A stretch of DNA of 64,000 bases from Leptospira sp. (GTDB taxonomy: Bacteria > Spirochaetota > Leptospiria > Leptospirales > Leptospiraceae): NCBI GenBank assembly GCA_034439575.1, contig JAWXAQ010000005.1, positions 1 through 64,000 of the forward strand, read 5' to 3'. Both the position numbers and the translations under genes were made by a program. Shown piece by piece: positions 22,603-30,554 of this stretch. Below the pieces are notes generated by a model, which was not told where the DNA came from, searched no databases, and saw nothing but the letters and a program-made list of their open reading frames with translations. The stretch's first letter is position 1. Each line of letters starts with the position of its first letter.

Positions 22603-24363
22603 TTAATATACATCCTTCTTGTATCGACCAGCTTCTTCCAATGTGCTTAGGAAATCTTCCGTTGATTGGTTGGTTTCAAAAGTGCGTTTTTCTAATATTT
22701 GTAGGAGTCTCTTTTCGACATCTTTACTCATTGGATCTTTGGAACCGCAAACATATATATAAGCTCCATCTTTGATCCAATTTAATAATTCATCTGCATT
22801 TTCTTCCATACGATCTTGGACATATACTTTCTGTTTGGTGTCTCTAGAAAAAGCAGCATTTAGCTTCTGTAAGATGCCCGTTTCCATTAATTGCAAAAAT
22901 TCTGATTGGTAATAGAAATCAGAAACAAAATTTCTTTCTCCAAAAAATAACCAATTTTTTCCCGAGGCTCCATCAGCATCTCTTTCCCATAAAAAGGAAC
23001 GAAATGGCGCAATCCCAGTGCCAGGACCAATCATTATTAAATGTGCGTCTGGAGGTGGAAGTCTGAAATTCGGATTTTTCTGAATATAAAACGAAACTGC
23101 TTCTCCTTCATCAAAGGCAGAAAGGTATCCAGAACATAGACCTTCTTTTTTACCCAATTTTGTTTCAATGTCTACTTCTGCGACAGTTAGGTGGATTTCA
23201 TTTTCACCGTGTGATTTCGGTGAGGAGGCTATGGAATAGTATCGCGGTACCATTTGCTCCAAAATTTCAAAAACTTTTTCTGAAGGAGTATTTTGATTGA
23301 GTGGATAATCGGTTAATAAAACATCTAAATCGACATTTTTCAGATCTATCGTTTTACCTACTAGGTCTCCATATTTTTGAATCACTCTGGCTGGTAAATT
23401 TCGTATCGATACTTTATTTTTTAGTAAATCTTCCGCCATCCAAGTTTCATTCGCAAACACGATCCGATCTTCTTTACCTAATTTCAATAAACTTAGAATT
23501 TGATTTACGTCTTGCGTCGTATTTTTTGGAAAAAACCCAGCACTATCGCCGGGTTCATATTCTATAGCTTGAGGAGTTATGATTTCAATATGCCTAGTCG
23601 ATTTACTAGCACCTATATCATTTAACACTATATTGGCGCTAACTTTACCTTGATAAACTATTCGTTTATTGGAAGTTGGTTTTGCCACACTTTGAACGTT
23701 CTGCGTTTGGCCATTGGATATACTCACTTGGCCAAAACTTGTTACAAGAGATTGAAACCAAGGGATAGCAACTGTATCAATATCCAAATCACATTTCCCG
23801 AGAGGAATGATACGGTTTCCACCAAGATTGTTTAAGAGTGAATCAACATCTTCTCCCGTTTTACAAAAAAGAGGATATGATGTATCACCTAATCCTAACA
23901 CAGCGAAGTTTAGATTTTCAAAATGAGGTGTCCGATTTTTAAGAGATTCGACAAAATTTTTCGCACTAGCTGGAGGATCTCCATCTCCGTGGGTCGCAAT
24001 GATTACGATAAGATTTTTTTCGGAGTCAAATTCATTTGCTTTATACGTTTCGGTATTTTTTAATTTTACGTTGTGGCCAGCATCTTTTAATTTTTTAACA
24101 AAGGAAGTGGCTAACTTTTTGGCATTGCCAGTTTCTGTCCCATAAACAACTGTCAGCTGAAGACTACCTCCACCGGTAAGAGCAGAAGTTGTTACCGTAG
24201 TGGGAACAACTCTCTCACTGGGCACATCCGACGGAATGCTGGAAAGGGTTCCAGGCATTGGTTGCATCATAGCAGATAAATAGCCGTTCATCCAGACCCA
24301 TTCATCTTTTGTGGATTCTTTTAAGAGCTGAAAAAACCTGTTCCGTTTTTCATCAGAGAGCAT
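22603..24363 (-). CDS. cysJ: Sulfite reductase flavoprotein subunit
   Basis: Flavodoxin YGTETGNA, RYYSIASS, GPGTGIAPF, YKKDVY. Confidence 0.93.
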   Translation of the reverse strand: MLSDEKRNRFFQLLKESTKDEWVWMNGYLSAMMQPMPGTLSSIPSDVPSERVVPTTVTTSALTGGGSLQLTVVYGTETGNAKKLATSFVKKLKDAGHNVKLKNTETYKANEFDSEKNLIVIIATHGDGDPPASAKNFVESLKNRTPHFENLNFAVLGLGDTSYPLFCKTGEDVDSLLNNLGGNRIIPLGKCDLDIDTVAIPWFQSLVTSFGQVSISNGQTQNVQSVAKPTSNKRIVYQGKVSANIVLNDIGASKSTRHIEIITPQAIEYEPGDSAGFFPKNTTQDVNQILSLLKLGKEDRIVFANETWMAEDLLKNKVSIRNLPARVIQKYGDLVGKTIDLKNVDLDVLLTDYPLNQNTPSEKVFEILEQMVPRYYSIASSPKSHGENEIHLTVAEVDIETKLGKKEGLCSGYLSAFDEGEAVSFYIQKNPNFRLPPPDAHLIMIGPGTGIAPFRSFLWERDADGASGKNWLFFGERNFVSDFYYQSEFLQLMETGILQKLNAAFSRDTKQKVYVQDRMEENADELLNWIKDGAYIYVCGSKDPMSKDVEKRLLQILEKRTFETNQSTEDFLSTLEEAGRYKKDVY

Positions 24364-24633
24364 GTTTGGTTATCGTTCCTTTGACTTTTATGTGTCGTTT
24401 CCAGCAATGAGTTGAAAGAACTCAAAATTTCCAGTAAAACGTCCAAAAAGTCCGATAAATTGAACGATCGACCCCGTAAACGTACAGGTAAACCAAAAAA
24501 CTGCCTGATTTGTAAAAAATATTGTCCATTTATCTAATTTTTCGTTACTTTTTAGGACAACGTCAAAACAAAACCATTCCCATTTCAAGAGAAACTCTTG
24601 ACGATTCCAAATTACAATTCAGGTTCAATAGAG

Positions 24634-25410
24634 ATGCCTTCCCTACTTAAAGATTCTACTTTTGTGTCCTTTGTGAGTGGCGGACCTGGTCCTTTGGATC
24701 TATTGACATTACGTGGACTTGAACGCATCAAAAATGCCCAAGTGATTCTTTACGATGCCCTACTCGATCCTGATTTTTTGACCATTTTCCCAAACGATGC
24801 GATTTGCCTGTATGTAGGCAAACGCGCAGGTCTTCATTCTAGAACACAAGATGAAATCAATCAGTTACTTTTATTTTATGCTATGGAAGGAAAAAGAATT
24901 GTTCGGCTAAAAGGGGGAGATGCTACCATCTTCGGCAGATTAGGTGAAGAGATACAAATCCTCAAAGAAAATCATATCAATTTTGAAATCATACCAGGGG
25001 TGAGCTCTGTGACTGCAGGAATCAGTAGCATACAATCATCACTTACACTCAGAGGAATCTCTCGCCAAATCATAATTCTTGATGGGCATACTATTCTGGA
25101 AGATAACAGGAGTTGGGTGGGTATGGAAAATTTTCTCGGAACCATAGTCATTCTAATGGGTACACAAAAAATAAAAGAACTTTCTATGATACTTATCTCA
25201 AAAGGAATTCCTGAAAATACGCCCATTGCTTTGGTTGAAAATGCATCGAGCCATATTTCATCTGCGAATTTTTTCACACTTAGAGAAGCGAGCCTAAATA
25301 GTTTTGCTAAAAGTAGCACAGGACCTGGAATTTTGTATGTAGGTGAAGCGCTACGGTCTGCCATGGAAGAATTGAAATTAGATGACAAAACGATATCCAG
25401 CCTTTCTTAA
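24634..25410 (+). CDS. cobA: Uroporphyrinogen-III C-methyltransferase (SUMT half of siroheme synthase)
   Basis: GGPGPLDLLT, YDAL, VRLKGGD, PGVSS; start ATG 24634 (TTG 24598 alternative). Confidence 0.88.
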   Translation: MPSLLKDSTFVSFVSGGPGPLDLLTLRGLERIKNAQVILYDALLDPDFLTIFPNDAICLYVGKRAGLHSRTQDEINQLLLFYAMEGKRIVRLKGGDATIFGRLGEEIQILKENHINFEIIPGVSSVTAGISSIQSSLTLRGISRQIIILDGHTILEDNRSWVGMENFLGTIVILMGTQKIKELSMILISKGIPENTPIALVENASSHISSANFFTLREASLNSFAKSSTGPGILYVGEALRSAMEELKLDDKTISSLS

Positions 25411-25972
25411 CCTCAAAGATGCAAATGTACTCATTGTAGGTGGTGGACTTGCCTGTCTTGAAAAACTGACTGGGTTAGAAAATACCGAAGCAAATATAAG
25501 TATCATTACAATCGAACTAAATCCAGAAGTTAAAAAATTTGTAGAAAATAAAACTAACATAACGACAATAATACGAGAAGTCAAGGATGTTGATTTAGAA
25601 AACCGCGATTTGATATTTCTTGCGACAAACAATTCAGAAATCAATGCAAAATTTAGAAAGGTAGCAAATCAGTTAAAGATTTTGACAAATTCCGTAGATG
25701 ATCCAAACAATTGTGATTTTTATTCAGCTTCACTCATTGATTTAGGTTCAGTGTCTTTTGCCATTTCCACCGATGGGAAATTTGCAGGACTAAGTGCCGC
25801 CTTACGTAAATTATTCGAAGAAATTATGCCCTCAGAAGATACAGAACTGTTTCAAAAAATTTATGAGATGCGCGCGGGTTTAAAAAAACGAATCCCCGAT
25901 ATGAATGAAAGAAAAAAAGTTTTAAAAGATATTATATTTAATTTAGAATCAAAATATTTTAATAAAGAATAA
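25382..25972 (+). CDS. Precorrin-2 dehydrogenase / sirohydrochlorin ferrochelatase (CysG N-terminal/SirC type)
   Basis: YPAFLNL..VLIVGGG, NSVDDP..CDFY, AISTDG. Confidence 0.88.
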   Translation: MTKRYPAFLNLKDANVLIVGGGLACLEKLTGLENTEANISIITIELNPEVKKFVENKTNITTIIREVKDVDLENRDLIFLATNNSEINAKFRKVANQLKILTNSVDDPNNCDFYSASLIDLGSVSFAISTDGKFAGLSAALRKLFEEIMPSEDTELFQKIYEMRAGLKKRIPDMNERKKVLKDIIFNLESKYFNKE

Positions 25973-26025
25973 TATCTCAACCATCTTTTATTCTAAAAAT
26001 ACTTCAATAGTTCAAAACCTAAGGA

Positions 26026-26694
26026 TTAAAATAAATACAATTGGTCATCAATTTGTTTTTTATTTTTTTTAGTTTTTGTCCATAACTTCTTATAATTAAA
26101 TCTTTCATTTGAAAATTTTTGTATCAGCGCTATTGGATTTTTTGTACCATCATTTAACCAGCGCAAGTATTCATTTTTCTCTATGAGTGCTGGTTGACGA
26201 TGATGAATTTCACTTATTTTTTGATTGGCTTCTGTCGTGATGATCACAAAACAATCATTTTTTTTTCCGAAAGAATCTACATAAACTATGTCCAATCCAG
26301 CAAACGCGAATACTTCGTTATGTGAAGGGAAGATTTCATATTTTTCCGTCGTGAATGGATCTACTTCTTTCCATTCAAAGTAGGATGTCACTGGAATTAG
26401 TATGCGTTTTTGATGTATCGCCTTTTTCCACAGAGGAGATGTTTCCAGTCTTTCTATGGTAGCTACATTGATCTGATCAATGGGTTCACCTTTTGAGGGA
26501 AGATTTTTGACTCCCCAGGTTTTTGCTTCGAGTGCATTTTTATTGTTTTTTCGAATGACCACTTCTTCGACTTTGGATGGATAAATTTCCTTTTCAATTT
26601 TTAGATTTGAATCACGGATGGTATCTTCAAATTCCAATTGAAACTGTTCTATCACTTGAGAAGATGATGCATTCAAAGCATAACGTCCGCACAT
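26026..26694 (-). CDS. SRAP (YedK/HMCES family) abasic-site protection protein
   Basis: N-terminal MCGRY with Cys2, YFEWK Glu and IHHRQP His. Confidence 0.92.
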   Translation of the reverse strand: MCGRYALNASSSQVIEQFQLEFEDTIRDSNLKIEKEIYPSKVEEVVIRKNNKNALEAKTWGVKNLPSKGEPIDQINVATIERLETSPLWKKAIHQKRILIPVTSYFEWKEVDPFTTEKYEIFPSHNEVFAFAGLDIVYVDSFGKKNDCFVIITTEANQKISEIHHRQPALIEKNEYLRWLNDGTKNPIALIQKFSNERFNYKKLWTKTKKNKKQIDDQLYLF

Positions 26695-26707
26695 GGTTCA
26701 TTTATCT

Positions 26708-28969
26708 TTAATAGAAAGATAAAATCAATTGGTTTTGTCTAAGATTTGTAAAAAATATATCATCAAACAAATGTTCTGCAACTTCCTCGAATGCCTTTAT
26801 CAAAAGTTCTCTATAAAATGGGATATATAGTTTAGGGATGAGAGTTTTTCCCAAAAGAGCTTCCTCAGATAAATATTCTTTAGCACCATATTTATTGTAA
26901 ATCACGAGGTATTTTATTTTTTCTCCGGGATTGATATCTATATTTAAATCCTTTAATTGTGATACACTTTGGCGTGAGGAACTATTGACTTTGTATTCGT
27001 CCAATTCTTTTGATATGGTTCTTTTTAAGAGTAATTTGTTAAAGGGAACTTCATTCTTTTCTAAGATCGCATCGTACTTATAAAATAATGTTTGGTATTC
27101 ACTATGTTTTTTTTTAAGTTCAGATACGGAATCACATGTTTGAAACAATGTTAGGAGATCATGCTGAAACTCTTTAATGAATTCAGGGATATCTTTTCTA
27201 CGACAAAAAATCCCTCTTAATTTTAATTTTCCATTTTTGAATTTTCCAAAATATCGATTCACGACTCCAATTTTCGGATCTTGCTTTGAGGCTGGAAAAA
27301 AAAGCCATAAATATTCTCCTTCAATCTTTAATTCAATTTTTGTTTGATCACTAATTTTTTGGCAAAGTGCTAAAATATCTATTTGATTGATTTTTTCATC
27401 ACCATAACCAGAAACAAACAATGAATCGGTTATCATATGTAACACTAATAAGTTGGCATCTTCGATAATATCTTTTGCTATAAGTAGGACTTCTCTTCCA
27501 ATCGCCGTCACAGATTCATGACTTTCTAAACGACCAAATTTTGCATTGCGGTAGCCTAAATAACCGAAAGATGTGACTAACACCCATTTAATGGCATTTT
27601 CACGTGCTTTATAAGTATTTGATTCTATCTGTTCAAGTTGCTTTTTATAAAACTTACGACGAGCGATTAAATTTTCTATTCCTTCCGAAACCACACCTCG
27701 CCTTTTTGCACAAATATAATAAGTTGTACCTGGGATATAGGTTTTGTTAGGTTCTTTTTCGCAACATAAACAATTTACGGTTTCTGGGCTAATATTATAA
27801 TGAGACATGATTGATGGATACATTTGTGCAAAATCAAGTTGAACAATATTTTCGAGAATCACACCTTTTGACATATCGGGTATACTTACCAATCCGCCTT
27901 TATCCACTCTAATTAATTCATATAGTGTTTTTTCACTTTCAATAGAAGATTTTTGCCAAGGCACAAGGTAATCGTGTTTTAATGCGACTGCCGTTTCTAT
28001 ATTTGTGAGTGCTGTGCCAGTGCTTGATCGTGCCATTCTTTGTATGGGAATGCGACTTAATCTTGAGAGTTCTATGATCCCTTGTAAAAAAGATTCTTTA
28101 AAAATAAATGAATTGTTACTATCTATATGGAGTCGCCCGAATAAGGGATAACTGGAAGCTCGAAAAATTACCTGCCCATATGTTTCGAAGGAGGTTCCTT
28201 TGTTTGTGATCTTTCTGATCGTCGAATTTATATCTCTATCAAATAATAATCTGAAGTTTGATCTTTGGGCTAAGTTAAATAAAAAAGGAAAAATGGATTG
28301 GTCACCAAAAGAACTCAACACTATGTCTGGATCTTTTTCAAATAGTATAACATTGATTCTTTGCAATAAATCTTTGGGATTTTGGAAGTACAATTCTTCG
28401 CAGAAATTTTCTCCAGAACGAAAGACTAATGGGTTTTTTGGTGAATATCCAATGCGGTGGTTTTCTTTATAAGAAATTTCTAGATATGAGAGTTTTGGAT
28501 AATCATAGTCATAACTAGCAATATCGCTCACCGAACGTATGTTACTTATTTTATTGTTTTCATATTCCAAATTAACAATGCCGAAGGGAAATATTTTTTT
28601 TTCGGAGAGGTAGGCGGTTGTGATTTCTATATCGGAATGAAAGATTTCTAATTTTTCATAAAAAGCATAAAGTTTTTGATAAATGGTTTTTAAAACGGTT
28701 GGTTTTGATAAATGGATTTTTTTAACAGAAATCCAATTCCCGCCATAGAATGATTTTTTTTGCACGACTGAGATTTCTCCGTGCAGTGCATTTAATTCTT
28801 TCAGTCGCTCGATAAACTTTTTTTCATATGATTCGGACCCCTTTATATAAATCGTTGGGTAATAGAAATCGGTAAAACATCTAGTTTCAGTTTCACTCTT
28901 TACCCAAACTATGATTTGTTCTTCTACATTATAGATATCAAACAGATACCCTTCAAAGTTTTGAGACAT
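26708..28969 (-). CDS. B-family DNA polymerase, PolB2-like group
   Basis: Motif A LDFAQMYPSIM, motif B KWVLVTSFGYLG, motif C HMITDS, LKLRGI; DKGGL before motif A. Confidence 0.88.
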   Translation of the reverse strand: MSQNFEGYLFDIYNVEEQIIVWVKSETETRCFTDFYYPTIYIKGSESYEKKFIERLKELNALHGEISVVQKKSFYGGNWISVKKIHLSKPTVLKTIYQKLYAFYEKLEIFHSDIEITTAYLSEKKIFPFGIVNLEYENNKISNIRSVSDIASYDYDYPKLSYLEISYKENHRIGYSPKNPLVFRSGENFCEELYFQNPKDLLQRINVILFEKDPDIVLSSFGDQSIFPFLFNLAQRSNFRLLFDRDINSTIRKITNKGTSFETYGQVIFRASSYPLFGRLHIDSNNSFIFKESFLQGIIELSRLSRIPIQRMARSSTGTALTNIETAVALKHDYLVPWQKSSIESEKTLYELIRVDKGGLVSIPDMSKGVILENIVQLDFAQMYPSIMSHYNISPETVNCLCCEKEPNKTYIPGTTYYICAKRRGVVSEGIENLIARRKFYKKQLEQIESNTYKARENAIKWVLVTSFGYLGYRNAKFGRLESHESVTAIGREVLLIAKDIIEDANLLVLHMITDSLFVSGYGDEKINQIDILALCQKISDQTKIELKIEGEYLWLFFPASKQDPKIGVVNRYFGKFKNGKLKLRGIFCRRKDIPEFIKEFQHDLLTLFQTCDSVSELKKKHSEYQTLFYKYDAILEKNEVPFNKLLLKRTISKELDEYKVNSSSRQSVSQLKDLNIDINPGEKIKYLVIYNKYGAKEYLSEEALLGKTLIPKLYIPFYRELLIKAFEEVAEHLFDDIFFTNLRQNQLILSFY

Positions 28970-29228
28970 CGTTTGACTTTAATTTCTCAACTTGGTTTTT
29001 AAGATCGTTTAAATCTGTCTTTAACTCGACTAAGGCGGAAAGTAAGATCGTCTCTATGGAATAAGGATTGGAAATCATGACTCCTGCGACCAATTGCCTT
29101 TTGGCAATCCGCATAATTTCATCGAAAGCTTCTTTGTGTTTTTTTGCTAAGCCTCGTCTAAAATCTTTAAACCTTTCATCAGCGAGTGATTGGATTTGCC
29201 GAGAGTAAGGAGTGATCGTCCTGCCCAT
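28953..29228 (-). CDS. Small alpha-helical PolB2-associated protein (arCOG07300-like)
   Basis: MGRTITPY..FRRGL..FDE..NP..LLS pattern recalled from archaeal PolB2 partners; GGAGG RBS before ATG 29228; overlaps both neighbours. Confidence 0.7.
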   Translation of the reverse strand: MGRTITPYSRQIQSLADERFKDFRRGLAKKHKEAFDEIMRIAKRQLVAGVMISNPYSIETILLSALVELKTDLNDLKNQVEKLKSNDVSKL

Positions 29229-29766
29229 AAATTCCTCCATTATTTTGCGTGATCATATTTGGAATTTGAATCACCTTTCCAATTTTTTGTAAATTTACTA
29301 GATACTGTAAGTAAGTCGCATCATCTTTTGGTGTAGATTCAGAGAATACAAAAGGGATGTTCATCTGGACGAGACGTTCCAGTTTTTGTGTGAGTATTTT
29401 TAATAAGTGTATACGTTCGTCTTTTTTTACATCGCCGTCAAAGAACTGTTTGGAGGGAGCCAAAAAAATATTGATCCTGGAATGTTGGTTACTTTTTACC
29501 GAGCTTGCAGAAATAGATGTAAGTAAATCTAGGAGTTGGTATGGCGTAAAAGCTCTTTGAATTGTAATGTTATGCAATGCGAAAAAATCCAATCCCCTTG
29601 TTGCTTCCGCGATTTGATATCCTCGTAAACGTATGGCACAATCGATCACATGAACTTGAGCACGACTTGCAAGAAGCATTTCAATCAGAGAGTGGGCGAG
29701 TGAATTTGCCTTTCTGCCAACAACAATGGTATTGATGAAATTGGCAGGAATTATATCTGGAACCAT
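29179..29766 (-). CDS. Inactivated RadA/RecA-like protein
   Basis: VHVIDCAIR and NITIQRAFTPYQL resemble RadA core strands; Walker A eroded to VGRKANS. Confidence 0.65.
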   Translation of the reverse strand: MVPDIIPANFINTIVVGRKANSLAHSLIEMLLASRAQVHVIDCAIRLRGYQIAEATRGLDFFALHNITIQRAFTPYQLLDLLTSISASSVKSNQHSRINIFLAPSKQFFDGDVKKDERIHLLKILTQKLERLVQMNIPFVFSESTPKDDATYLQYLVNLQKIGKVIQIPNMITQNNGGIYGQDDHSLLSANPITR

Positions 29767-29853
29767 AAAATGATGATCTTACCAGACAGGAAAAATGTAA
29801 ACAAAAATATGCTTAACGCAAGAATAGTATATTTACGAAAAATTGCGGATTAC

Positions 29854-29866
29854 TTGTAATTTACAA
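29854..29866. promoter_or_regulatory. Palindrome upstream of the PolB2 cassette, candidate operator
   Basis: TTGTAA-T-TTACAA, about 90 bp before the first gene of the cassette. Confidence 0.35.
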
Positions 29867-29926
29867 AACGAAACAACCTATCCAATTATGTCGCTTCAGA
29901 TACTTGGAACACTATTACAAAGCTCT

Positions 29927-30535
29927 TTACTCCTTAAATTTCACTTTAACTTCCGTTAAGGGAAATTCATTTTCCCACATCCCTGCCATTGGCACATTGA
30001 TCACGATTTTATTTGGTCCGTCATTTCTTGCTGTCCAATCACCAGCTATCCTCTGTTCTGTGAAAGAAACAGACTTGATTGGGAAAGGGAAAAAAATCTC
30101 AAATTGGATATGTTCGGCAAGAGTATTGAAACGCATCAAATCATCCCGCTTTTTGGCTTCTGCGACAATAGAGGAGATATTCCCTTTTTCGATATTTAAA
30201 GTTCGTAAAAGTGGGGAACTTTGACTCGTGTCAATGGCGATCACAAAATTCGAAAACTCATCCCCCTCTTCTTTATAGAGATAAAATTTGAGTCCAGGTG
30301 GTATAATCTTTGTGATGTCTTTGAAAGTATAATGCGATTCTTTGATCACAAGTTCGGTTTCGGCAATGGGTGTTAAACCACTACCCAGACTATTTGCCGT
30401 GTTTTTGGTTTTGATGCGCTTTTCAAAGATTTGAAGTTCGCCCGAAAGATCAGACTTCACATTGATCTTGATATTCCCACCTGCGCAAAAATGGAAAAAT
30501 ACCGAAATGGAAATGATAAAAAAGAAATTCCTCAT
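29927..30535 (-). CDS. Hypothetical lipoprotein
   Basis: MRN + hydrophobic stretch + FHFC spirochaetal-type lipobox. Confidence 0.65.
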   Translation of the reverse strand: MRNFFFIISISVFFHFCAGGNIKINVKSDLSGELQIFEKRIKTKNTANSLGSGLTPIAETELVIKESHYTFKDITKIIPPGLKFYLYKEEGDEFSNFVIAIDTSQSSPLLRTLNIEKGNISSIVAEAKKRDDLMRFNTLAEHIQFEIFFPFPIKSVSFTEQRIAGDWTARNDGPNKIVINVPMAGMWENEFPLTEVKVKFKE

Positions 30536-30554
30536 TTGACAATTCTTTCAGAGG

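Noticed and set aside
24388-24588. 66-aa ORF between cysJ and cobA (likewise 13940-14140 and 56625-56870)
   Set aside because: They span promoter or terminator DNA and have no clear RBS or protein-like features
26026-29766. PolB cassette as a prophage, casposon or pipolin
   Set aside because: No integrase, Cas1, terminal repeats or structural genes recognised; motifs fit PolB2 rather than protein-primed or primer-independent PolB
29767-29926. Canonical Leptospira LexA box TTTG-N5-CAAA
   Set aside because: No exact match seen; only N7-spaced palindromes
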